DNA from: a virus
Lineage: Duplodnaviria > Caudoviricetes
DNA: 27,258 nt
Virus record (IMG/VR): IMGVR_UViG_3300012347_000169
Coordinates: 1-27,258 of that record
Direction: 5' to 3' (one strand)
Made by a program: the position numbers and the translations under genes
In this document: positions 1 through 7,137 of the stretch, in pieces
Layout: each line of letters opens with the position of its first letter
Numbering within the stretch: the first letter of the stretch is position 1
Notes under the pieces: model-generated
Database searches by the model: none
What the model was told of the DNA's origin: nothing
Seen by the model: only the letters and a program-made list of their open reading frames with translations

Positions 1-26
1 TAGTTTTGCCTTGCTTCACGCTTCAT
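1..26 (-). CDS. Start of an ORF running off the window edge (MKREARQN...)
   Basis: ATG at 26-24 overlaps the nrdH stop (ATGA coupling). Only 8 codons are visible. Confidence 0.5.
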
Positions 27-268
27 TTGTTCTCTCCTAGCAAGTGTGAGGCCAGCGAGTGAATCTTGTCGTATTGAAAGCCTGACCAGATACGGCGGTC
101 TGTTGTGACGATAGGTGCAGATAGATAGCCCTTCGATCTAAATTCCTCTAGCTTGTCTGGGTGCTGCTCTAGTGCCATCTCGTCGTAGCGGATGCCGAGC
201 TTGTCCATGAGCTTCTTAGTGGTCATACATTGAACGCAACTTTTAGTTGTCCAGACTGTGACTTTCAT
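23..268 (-). CDS. nrdH: NrdH-like glutaredoxin
   Basis: CVQC redox motif, GYLSAPIV and WSGF motifs, 81 aa. Confidence 0.92.
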   Translation of the reverse strand: MKVTVWTTKSCVQCMTTKKLMDKLGIRYDEMALEQHPDKLEEFRSKGYLSAPIVTTDRRIWSGFQYDKIHSLASHLLGENK

Positions 269-450
269 TTCTTTCTCCTTTCAATTTTTTCTAGTGCCGA
301 TGCGAAACTAGCGTTTTCATCGTTCATCCATTCAGCCAGAATTGCCTGAATACGCTCACGCTCATCACGAGCCCCAACAGCTTTACCAAACATCAAGCCC
401 TTAGCCCAGGCAGCGTTGATCTCGGCTTCATGCCGTCTAAACAGCTTCAT
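265..450 (-). CDS. Hypothetical protein (G...ERERI motif)
   Basis: ATGA-coupled to both neighbours; helical GARDERERIQAIL. Confidence 0.7.
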   Translation of the reverse strand: MKLFRRHEAEINAAWAKGLMFGKAVGARDERERIQAILAEWMNDENASFASALEKIERRKK

Positions 451-614
451 AGCTCTAACGCCTGAACCAAATAATTAAGCACAGTTATGTCAATTTGAGT
501 CTGGATCAAAGCATCTTCTTTGAGGATCTTGAGGATACGCTCACGCTCACCAGCGACAGCTTCATTGATTGCGGTTGCTAAGGCTTTACCAAAACCCTCA
601 ACGCTAATTTCCAT
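447..614 (-). CDS. Hypothetical 55-aa protein not in the ORF track (MEISVEGFGKALATAINEAVAGERERILKILKEDALIQTQIDITVLNYLVQALEL)
   Basis: Translated by hand. Fills the gap between neighbours and its TGA overlaps the next ATG. Confidence 0.7.
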   Translation of the reverse strand: MEISVEGFGKALATAINEAVAGERERILKILKEDALIQTQIDITVLNYLVQALEL

Positions 615-786
615 TGTCTGCATTAGCGATCCTCTCCATAAGCTCTTTTATCTGAGATGAAGGTCGCTTGATTGATTGGATCATCTTTAGGATCTCAATC
701 TGAGCGGCTAGGTAGCCACGCTGGTATGCCAGCTTTGAAACATCGTCAAACATAGTTTTTACGGTGTCGTGAATTGGGGTAGACAT
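604..786 (-). CDS. Hypothetical protein
   Basis: Start revised to ATG 786, which forms a TAATG overlap with the upstream stop. Confidence 0.65.
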   Translation of the reverse strand: MSTPIHDTVKTMFDDVSKLAYQRGYLAAQIEILKMIQSIKRPSSQIKELMERIANADNGN

Positions 787-1076
787 TATGAACGCCCCCA
801 AACAGTAGTCCGGCGACCAGAGATTGTTTTGTCGAAGCCAGTCTCTTTGACTAAGCCCTCACGTACCAGTTCGGCACGGCGTGATCGGATACCAGAGTCG
901 CTGGCTTTAGGAGCTAGTTTCTTTTTTACTAGCTGGTAGTACGCAAGGATCAATTCCTCGTCTGTACGTGAGAACTCCAGCAATGTGTAAATTGCCTTCT
1001 TGGTTTCTGACAAGTGGATCACCGACTCGGCGGCCTCGTGGCTTGTCAGCCTATCTAGTGCTCTTGCAAATGGCAT
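786..1076 (-). CDS. Winged helix-turn-helix DNA-binding protein
   Basis: SDSGIRSRRAELVREGLVKETG recognition helix plus wing; GGAAGG RBS. Confidence 0.65.
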   Translation of the reverse strand: MPFARALDRLTSHEAAESVIHLSETKKAIYTLLEFSRTDEELILAYYQLVKKKLAPKASDSGIRSRRAELVREGLVKETGFDKTISGRRTTVWGRS

Positions 1077-1117
1077 TTGTTTCCCTTCCCTGAGAGTTAG
1101 CTTTTGCTAACAAGACC

Positions 1118-1146
1118 AGAGTAGAGAGTTTTTACAAGTGTGTCAA
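1118..1146 (-). promoter_or_regulatory. Sigma70/SigA-type promoter TTGACA-17-TACTCT
   Basis: Perfect -35 at 1146-1141, 17-nt spacer and TAnnnT -10 at 1123-1118, in an intergenic gap. Confidence 0.8.
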
Positions 1147-1150
1147 GTAT

Positions 1151-1570
1151 TTACAACGCTAATTTTGGGTAAACAGAAATTCGTGCCCCTGGGCAGTGAT
1201 AAGTGTTAGCTCCGATGTAAACCTCATCAACACGCAATGACACGACACGGGAGTCATCGACCCAAATAAGCCCAGTCAGTGCATCCTCTGTGGATCTGAC
1301 CAATTTTGATAGATCAGGGCTCACGGCTGGGTAATCAAACTTAGGTTTTGCTGGCTTGTCAATGTAGAAGGTAATCTCTAGCACCACAGGGCAGTCGTAG
1401 AGCGACACGTCTTGAGATTCCATGATCGCGTGTTTAGCAGCCAAAGCAACGGCATCACGCCACGGCTTTACATACTTACTAACCTCAATAAAGCGATTCC
1501 CCCCAACACTCCTTTTAGAGCCTTGGGGGGCAGGTCTACCTTCAACGATAAAACTGATTGATTCTCGCAT
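1151..1570 (-). CDS. rusA: RusA-like Holliday junction resolvase
   Basis: GRPAPQGSKR N-terminus and PDLSKLVRSTEDALTG..WVDDSRVV catalytic aspartates. Confidence 0.92.
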   Translation of the reverse strand: MRESISFIVEGRPAPQGSKRSVGGNRFIEVSKYVKPWRDAVALAAKHAIMESQDVSLYDCPVVLEITFYIDKPAKPKFDYPAVSPDLSKLVRSTEDALTGLIWVDDSRVVSLRVDEVYIGANTYHCPGARISVYPKLAL

Positions 1571-1950
1571 TAGAACGGCGTAGTGTCCGAGCCAGCTAGT
1601 AGACCAGTGTAGTTAGGAGCTGAGTTAGTTGCAGCAGAGACTGGGCGACCTTCAGGGATGAATGTTGCACCGTTGATGTTGATGTCTACAGACTGTCCAG
1701 GCTTGCCTGTGTATTGGTTCATTACAGGTAGCTTGGTTTCCTTGTCGATCCAGTCACGGATCTTGCCTGAGACGGTTCCGGTGAACGTACCAGTGACACC
1801 AGTGCCGAAATTGACTGGGGTCTCAAACCATGCGGTGTAGGTTCGTTTGCCTTGCTCGCCACCTTCTTTGGTGTAGAACTCAGTGACTTCGACTCCACAG
1901 TTTTCGTAGAAGATACGAGTGGCAGTGCCGTTTACAGTAATTGTTGCCAT
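1570..1950 (-). CDS. ssb: Single-stranded DNA-binding protein
   Basis: Beta-rich OB-like body, flexible tail ending DTTPF, next to rusA. Confidence 0.75.
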   Translation of the reverse strand: MATITVNGTATRIFYENCGVEVTEFYTKEGGEQGKRTYTAWFETPVNFGTGVTGTFTGTVSGKIRDWIDKETKLPVMNQYTGKPGQSVDININGATFIPEGRPVSAATNSAPNYTGLLAGSDTTPF

Positions 1951-1981
1951 TATTATCCTTTGTTATAGAGGTAATAAAAGC

Positions 1982-2254
1982 TTAGTCAGAACCACTGACA
2001 ATATGCAAACCATTCACACAGTCTGAGTGGCCACAGGATCTTTTGCCTGGCATGAATAGTTGTGAGTTTTTCATCGGGTTGTCATCGTGGTCAAATGCCT
2101 CAGTCCAAGGGATGCAACGTTCTGATCCATACTGAATACTCTTGACTGGGGTTGCTCGACAACTTGAGCAGAGGTAAGACTTTTGCTTGCGTTTATTCAG
2201 GGGTACGACGATAGTCCATCCACACCGTTTACAAACCAAGCGATTTTCTTCCAC
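1982..2254 (-). CDS. Zinc-ribbon plus degenerate His-Cys-box/HNH-like protein
   Basis: CKRC...CSSC, then CIPW...CGHSDCVNGLH; GTG start. Confidence 0.65.
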   Translation of the reverse strand: MEENRLVCKRCGWTIVVPLNKRKQKSYLCSSCRATPVKSIQYGSERCIPWTEAFDHDDNPMKNSQLFMPGKRSCGHSDCVNGLHIVSGSD

Positions 2255-2283
2255 CGAATCATGCTAACGCATCCGGCAGGTTC

Positions 2284-2606
2284 TGAGTTGAGAGAAAGGG
2301 CTTGTTTCCAGACCCTTTTCTTTACTCATCCGTATAGGACTTCGCATCGATTATGGGGGAATGTCCACTACAGACATCCCAGCCGCGCCAAATGTTGTTG
2401 AACTCCTTTCCCGAGGATCACGGCGACTCGAATACGAACCAACCCAACAACTCTTTCACTTCTCAGTGGCAGTCTTTCCTTGCTTGTCAACCCACGCTCA
2501 TCTTTTGGGTAAACCAGGCGATGCCCCTCTAACGGGCGATCTAGACGGTGATTAGCCGAATCTCGTTGACTTTACATCTGGCGAACGGGTAGACCCTCAG
2601 ATGAAA
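2284..2606 (-). ncRNA. Candidate large structured non-coding RNA (unassigned family)
   Basis: Largest intergenic gap. It holds many nested stems, GNRA tetraloops (GAGA, GAAA) and G-U pairs that work only on the minus strand, with an upstream promoter. Confidence 0.65.
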
Positions 2607-2610
2607 ACTA

Positions 2611-2638
2611 ATACTACTTACTTTTTGTCAGAGTGCAA
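2611..2638 (-). promoter_or_regulatory. Putative promoter TTGCAC-16-TAGTAT for the structured RNA
   Basis: The predicted start (~2604) coincides with the first stem. Confidence 0.5.
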
Positions 2639-3700
2639 ATCTACACCAACCAGTAGGTGACGTAGAGCCAGCTCTGCTTGTTGAGGCACTACTCCATTGC
2701 CACAAGCCTTTAGCTCCTCGACTCTTGATAGACCAATGTTCGTTAGCCATCCAGCAGGTACGCCCATCATCCATTCTGTGAACTCTGGGTTTAGGCGGTG
2801 TGAGTTGTCTTTTCCATCTGGGCGTGTCGGAGCAGGTGCAGGTCGACCAAGCAATTCTTCCCAACGGCGGATTGCTGGCTCGAACTTACCCCAAGTTGTA
2901 AGTACCTGATCTTCTAGACGTGCTTTAGGTGCACCAGCCGCAACTTGCACCGAGGATGAGTCGGCAGCATTGGCACGGGGAGTACCAAGTAGTACCTCAC
3001 CACTGTTGAAGATAGCTCTGGCCACGGTGTCGGTGCTGACTACGCCATCTCGACTTGTAGGTGCAGAACCATCTTTGTAGTCACGGGTAATAGGTGTCGG
3101 CAACAATTCATTGATGACTGACTCACGAAGATTGCGGTATCCGCCAGGCGACTTGGCTTTTAGCTCTGCTATCTGTTCTGGAGATTTGATCTCTCGATGT
3201 TCCATAGTGTTTGGCGTTGGCAGCAGATTGTCTGCAACTCGACTTACTTTCATACCCTGACTAGCGACCAAATCCATCACCTGATCGCGTACACCAACTG
3301 TGTTGCCTCGCTTCAATGCCTCGGCTTCACCAAGTGCTCCACCAGATCCTTCTGATGCTTTAGGAGATCGTAGAAGTACACCTTCATGTAGAGCTTTAAC
3401 CTGTGTGCCAAGTTGTGGCTGAGTGCGGCGTAAGCCAGCTTCAAAGCCCTCGGGTGCGTGGTCTCTAGCTTTCGGTGTTGCTAGGGTAGGCGATGACGAA
3501 AACTCTGAATCGGCTGTGAGGTGCTCCGGCATCTGAAGCCCGAACACTTGTCCATTTCGCATCGTACCCGAGGTCTGCCAAGTCTCCGAGAACAGCTCCC
3601 AGTGCTCGCAAAACAGGTTCGCCATCCCCTGTTTCTCCCATACACCACGGGCAGTGTTCCAAGTCAACGTGGGCTGTGGCTGATAAAAGTCCTCTAACAT
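2618..3700 (-). CDS. C5-cytosine DNA methyltransferase, C-terminal part (repeat/target-recognition region plus motifs IX-X)
   Basis: RLNPEFTEWMMGVPAGW (motif IX-like) and ELKACGNGVVPQQA (motif X). Start is uncertain: ATG 3700, TTG 3706, or a frameshift. Confidence 0.8.
   Translation of the reverse strand: MLEDFYQPQPTLTWNTARGVWEKQGMANLFCEHWELFSETWQTSGTMRNGQVFGLQMPEHLTADSEFSSSPTLATPKARDHAPEGFEAGLRRTQPQLGTQVKALHEGVLLRSPKASEGSGGALGEAEALKRGNTVGVRDQVMDLVASQGMKVSRVADNLLPTPNTMEHREIKSPEQIAELKAKSPGGYRNLRESVINELLPTPITRDYKDGSAPTSRDGVVSTDTVARAIFNSGEVLLGTPRANAADSSSVQVAAGAPKARLEDQVLTTWGKFEPAIRRWEELLGRPAPAPTRPDGKDNSHRLNPEFTEWMMGVPAGWLTNIGLSRVEELKACGNGVVPQQAELALRHLLVGVDLHSDKK
2894..3487 (-). repeat. Five tandem degenerate protein modules beginning (L/T)Lx(T/S)P
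   Basis: TLATPKARD, LLRSPKASE, LLPTPNTME, LLPTPITRD and LLGTPRANA, each module 33-50 aa. Confidence 0.75.
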
Positions 3701-4034
3701 TTTCAATAACTACCAATCTTGGTCGTAGAACATCAATTGCTTTATAGAACTCTGACCATAATCCTGATCGAGTTCCCTCTTTTAGTCCAGCTCGCTTGCC
3801 AGCCAAGGATAGATCCTGACACGGAAAACCACCAGTAAGGATGTCAACGGGCTCTACATTTGCCCAATCAACTTTTGATACATCTTTGAAGTTAGGTACG
3901 CCTGGAAAGTTGTGTTCCAAGATCTTTGACGGGGCATCTTCCCATTCACAGTGCCAAGCGACCTCTGCACCCGTGGTGTTTGCCACAGCTAGATCTAGAC
4001 CACCGTACCCACTAAACAGTGAGCCAATCTTCAC
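3465..4034 (-). CDS. C5-cytosine DNA methyltransferase, N-terminal catalytic part (motifs I-VIII)
   Basis: LFSGYGG (I), GGFPCQDLS (IV), ENV (VI), PHSRFRVF (VIII). Confidence 0.92.
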   Translation of the reverse strand: MKIGSLFSGYGGLDLAVANTTGAEVAWHCEWEDAPSKILEHNFPGVPNFKDVSKVDWANVEPVDILTGGFPCQDLSLAGKRAGLKEGTRSGLWSEFYKAIDVLRPRLVVIENVRGLLSATAHVDLEHCPWCMGETGDGEPVLRALGAVLGDLADLGYDAKWTSVRASDAGAPHSRFRVFVIAYPSNTES

Positions 4035-4261
4035 GACTGACCTGCTAACCTACGGACTTGCAAAGCAGCCTTCTCAGCCACTCGGTCTCTTGCTCCGGCT
4101 TCATAGCGACCAGCATCAAACCAAAGTTTGCGTTCAGCTTTTGTAAGCACAGGCGAGTGCTCGGGTGCGTACTTAAACGGCACTGGTGGTGGATTCTTAT
4201 AGCTTGTGTCTAAACGTTCGGCTTCAAGCATCTGAAGCCTCTCTTGGTATGAAAATTTCAT
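4031..4261 (-). CDS. Hypothetical protein
   Basis: Coupled to both neighbours by 4-nt overlaps. Confidence 0.65.
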   Translation of the reverse strand: MKFSYQERLQMLEAERLDTSYKNPPPVPFKYAPEHSPVLTKAERKLWFDAGRYEAGARDRVAEKAALQVRRLAGQS

Positions 4262-4684
4262 GGCTTGACCTCATTAAAAATGACAATGGCAGACGGAAAT
4301 GGTGCTGCGTTTTTACCATCATTAAATTTGAGACGACCACGGATAAATCGAATTTCACCCTTCATGGCGTAATCCCACCACCAAGCCGTGTCGGTTCTGG
4401 CTGGCACGAGGCAAACAACAGTTGCCCCCCCCCCCAGCCGATTCATAAGCTTTCTTCATCCACTTACCAATGGCTCGACCATACGGTGGGTTCATCCAAA
4501 CAACGCCAGTCCAATTTTGAACTAAAGCATCGTCGGCAATTGAAAAGTAATTGTCAACCTTATGGTTATGAGCGGATGCACAAGCATCAAGTGTAAAACT
4601 GAACTCTTTATTTAGTTCGTCAAATAATTTTTGAGGCGTACCCCAGTCATCAGTTAGTGACGACATCATTCCTGTATTTATCAT
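4258..4684 (-). pseudogene. Phage Dam-type N6-adenine DNA methyltransferase interrupted by a frameshift in a G11 tract
   Basis: DDWGTP, FTLDACA and WMNPPYG are in one frame; TVVCLVPARTDT and IRFIRGRLKF...APFPS are in the +1 frame. Deleting one G gives an intact 141-aa ORF. Confidence 0.88.
4425..4435 (-). repeat. G11 homopolymer (C11 on + strand)
   Basis: Read directly; lies exactly at the frame switch. Confidence 0.95.
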
Positions 4685-4707
4685 GGCTTTCCCTTCCATT
4701 TGCGATT

Positions 4708-5043
4708 CTAGTGTGGATCGTAGTGAGGAAGCAAGTACCTTCCCCATTTATCATCCAGAAGATACCACTGACCACCGAAGAAGATTGGCACTTCAGTAGT
4801 GCTTTCCCACTTGCTTAGCTTTAGGCCCATCTTGCGAGCAAACTCAGCCTGACCAGCGTTGCTTTCAATTAGTGTGTTGAACTTTGAGCAAAGCAGCACC
4901 AAATTCGAAGGTCGATCTAGAAGCTTACTTCCACCCATGCCTCGATTGATTCGATGCTGTGGAATCAAAGTGTCGTCATTCACACCACAGTGCTGACACA
5001 CCTGATCGCGGTCTAATAGCTTTTTGAACTCTTTTGGAGTCAT
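4708..5043 (-). CDS. HNH endonuclease-like protein
   Basis: RDQVCQHCG...QHRINRGMGGS...NLVLLCSKFN; the second Zn pair is degenerate. Confidence 0.8.
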   Translation of the reverse strand: MTPKEFKKLLDRDQVCQHCGVNDDTLIPQHRINRGMGGSKLLDRPSNLVLLCSKFNTLIESNAGQAEFARKMGLKLSKWESTTEVPIFFGGQWYLLDDKWGRYLLPHYDPH

Positions 5044-5378
5044 CGGAGAACTTTCAACTCGGTTTCTACTTGGCGAGCAATAGTCTGTGTGCTCATCTGA
5101 GCTAATTCAAGTTGTTTCATCTTCTGGCGGATACGGTTGTACTCTGCCTTAGCGATGTCTGCCTTTAGTCGTAGGTCACTTGCTTGCAATCTAGCAATAG
5201 CTGTGCGATCTGCGACCGACCCCTGGTTATTGATGTAAGCCAATTGCAGTTCTCGCTCGTGAGCGTGTTCCGCTTCTGCCAGCTTTACCTCAGCCTCAAA
5301 TAGTGCTTGCACACCCTTGGCGGCCTCAGCTTGGATTCGCTGTAGTTCCTGAACCAGACTTGCCGGAGTTATCTGCAT
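5040..5378 (-). CDS. Coiled-coil hypothetical protein
   Basis: Entirely helical heptad pattern; coupled to HNH gene. Confidence 0.7.
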   Translation of the reverse strand: MQITPASLVQELQRIQAEAAKGVQALFEAEVKLAEAEHAHERELQLAYINNQGSVADRTAIARLQASDLRLKADIAKAEYNRIRQKMKQLELAQMSTQTIARQVETELKVLR

Positions 5379-5529
5379 TGCTGTACCTAACTAATCTTTC
5401 CTCTTGCACATTTTCCCAGAGACTTTCAGCAGTGTTCTCTTGACCATTTTTCATTTGCTCGTCAATGCACTCCTGTAGCTCAACGATGCTACTTAGGAGT
5501 ATCTTTTTGTTGACGGACTTGATTTCCAA
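5326..5529 (-). CDS. Hypothetical protein
   Basis: Fills the 5379-5488 gap and overlaps both neighbours. Confidence 0.5.
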   Translation of the reverse strand: MEIKSVNKKILLSSIVELQECIDEQMKNGQENTAESLWENVQEERLVRYSNADNSGKSGSGTTANPS

Positions 5530-6025
5530 TGGCTGTGATTCTTTCTAAAGTGGAAGGATCTGCTTTTAGTCTAACTGCCTCGTTGTAAAGATTTAGTAAA
5601 CCGTCTATGTCTTCTTTCCACTGCAAGTCATCGGCAATTTTTAGCCAATCTTTGCTTGGAGCGACAGGGGTCACGCCTCGCTCAACCTTTGCCATCTCCT
5701 CACGAGTTGTTCGCTTGTTTCCCGAGTATCCAGCGTTAGCTAGGGCTCTACCAATCGAACTGGTCTCCGCATTTTCTAGGGCTGAGGTCTTGTTTGCCAT
5801 TCCAGCACCATCGATCTCAAATGCCATTCCCGTAGCTTTCGGCAAACCTGCTGCTTGATCTCCAGTGTTCAAATAAATTGATGCTTTCACGACCCAAGTT
5901 GATACCTGACGATCCTGAAGCGTGGTTAGGTTTTCGGTAATGATTCTGCCGTCACTGTGGTCGCTAAGAAAGCGTTTGATGCGTTGTTCAACAGTTTCAT
6001 AATCTGCTGGATTGAATTGTGCCAT
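5489..6025 (-). CDS. Putative ssDNA-annealing recombination protein (Rad52/Sak/ERF-like)
   Basis: DYETVEQRI and ENAETSSIGRAL motifs; in an operon with the YqaJ exonuclease. Confidence 0.65.
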   Translation of the reverse strand: MAQFNPADYETVEQRIKRFLSDHSDGRIITENLTTLQDRQVSTWVVKASIYLNTGDQAAGLPKATGMAFEIDGAGMANKTSALENAETSSIGRALANAGYSGNKRTTREEMAKVERGVTPVAPSKDWLKIADDLQWKEDIDGLLNLYNEAVRLKADPSTLERITAIGNQVRQQKDTPK

Positions 6026-6207
6026 TACAAAAGTCTCATTCCGTCTAGGGCTTGTGGTTTAGGTTGCTTGATGTAGCTAACGATAGCGATTCGACCTTCG
6101 GCGGTCTCAATCTTGTACTTCTTTGTATCTGAGGTCTCAATGACCTCTAGCAAAGTGCCAGTGACCTTGTTGATGGTCACTAGAGATCCAATGGTTGGTT
6201 CTGACAT
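6025..6207 (-). CDS. Small beta-rich (SH3-like) hypothetical protein
   Basis: Start revised to ATG 6207 (TAATG overlap, GAAGGG RBS). Confidence 0.65.
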   Translation of the reverse strand: MSEPTIGSLVTINKVTGTLLEVIETSDTKKYKIETAEGRIAIVSYIKQPKPQALDGMRLL

Positions 6208-7079
6208 TACTTTCCCTTCTTCATTTGTAATGTTGGTGCATAGCCAGCACGAGCTTGTCGCTGGCAAATGATTTCTTCATCGTAAACACCATACTTGGCT
6301 TCTCCAAGAGCATCAAGTGTTCTGCTCTGAAGTTCACGATAATGTGCCTCAGCAGCTTTGTAGTCGCTGTAGGCGTTTGACAGATGTATAGCCAAATCTC
6401 CAAGTTCTACCTTGTCATCTGGGTGTATCTCTTTTTTCAGGCTACGAATAGTGTCGTATGTGCTCACGCTGGTGTCAAATTCTGGTCTAATACCCTTTTG
6501 TACATTTAGGTAAAACCGCTTGACGGCATCCCAATGAGCATCTGACTTGAACTGATCAAATTCCAAAGGCTTCTCGACATAAGCAGAGTTGCACAACGCA
6601 ACGAGGTAGCCATGCTTGAGACCCAAGTGCCTCATGTAGTAAAGCATCTGTGCCTCGTACGAGGCTGGAATTTCGTTGAAGTAGTCACGGCTGAACTTGA
6701 CCTCAATAAGCCCCCAGTTGCCATCCTTGTCACGGTAAACAGCATCTGGGTTGACCACTACCCACTCATCAGTCTCGCTAGTGTAAGTGCCAACCTGGAA
6801 GACCTCTAGTTCGGGGTGCTCCTCGCAAAAGATTTCAAGAATGTCATCTTCTAGCTTCGTTCCAAGTCGCATCGACATAGATGGATTGTTCTCTGGCTGG
6901 TACTCGCCAGTCATCGTGTAATACTCGGTCATTGCTGAACGGTATTGATTTAGCCCAAGAATTGTGCCGACTGACGATCCGCCAATACGACTTTTACGTG
7001 CCTCGAACCACTCAGGACTGTGATTGTTAAAGTTGCCTAACAGCTTTCCTGTAAGTACACCATCTGGTACAAATTCCAT
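6207..7079 (-). CDS. YqaJ/lambda-exonuclease-family recombination nuclease
   Basis: EWFEARKSRIGGS, GTKLE, NPD...LIEVK (PD-(D/E)xK) and YEAQMLYYM. Start ATG 7079 follows GAAAGG. Confidence 0.92.
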   Translation of the reverse strand: MEFVPDGVLTGKLLGNFNNHSPEWFEARKSRIGGSSVGTILGLNQYRSAMTEYYTMTGEYQPENNPSMSMRLGTKLEDDILEIFCEEHPELEVFQVGTYTSETDEWVVVNPDAVYRDKDGNWGLIEVKFSRDYFNEIPASYEAQMLYYMRHLGLKHGYLVALCNSAYVEKPLEFDQFKSDAHWDAVKRFYLNVQKGIRPEFDTSVSTYDTIRSLKKEIHPDDKVELGDLAIHLSNAYSDYKAAEAHYRELQSRTLDALGEAKYGVYDEEIICQRQARAGYAPTLQMKKGK

Positions 7080-7108
7080 TTTTGCCTTTCCCAACGTTTT
7101 GTAGTTGA

Positions 7109-7137
7109 ATCATAGAATGACCCACCGACAAAGTAAA
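7109..7137 (-). promoter_or_regulatory. Putative early promoter TTTACT-17-TATGAT
   Basis: Upstream of the recombination operon, overlapping the whiB start. Confidence 0.55.

Noticed and set aside
2270-2485. Structured region as RNase P RNA, group I intron or group II intron (AGGAAAG, CAGAACC and GACU/AGUC snippets)
   Set aside because: The RNase P P4 pairing cannot be formed, there is no domain V hairpin, and no interrupted gene is rejoined by removing the region.
2183-2555. Plus-strand ORFs 2183-2401 and 2361-2555
   Set aside because: They oppose the operon direction, have no motifs or clear RBS, and the region is better explained by RNA structure.
4355-4747. ORFs 4355-4747 and 4258-4446 as two independent genes
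   Set aside because: They are the two halves of one Dam-type MTase broken at the G11 tract.
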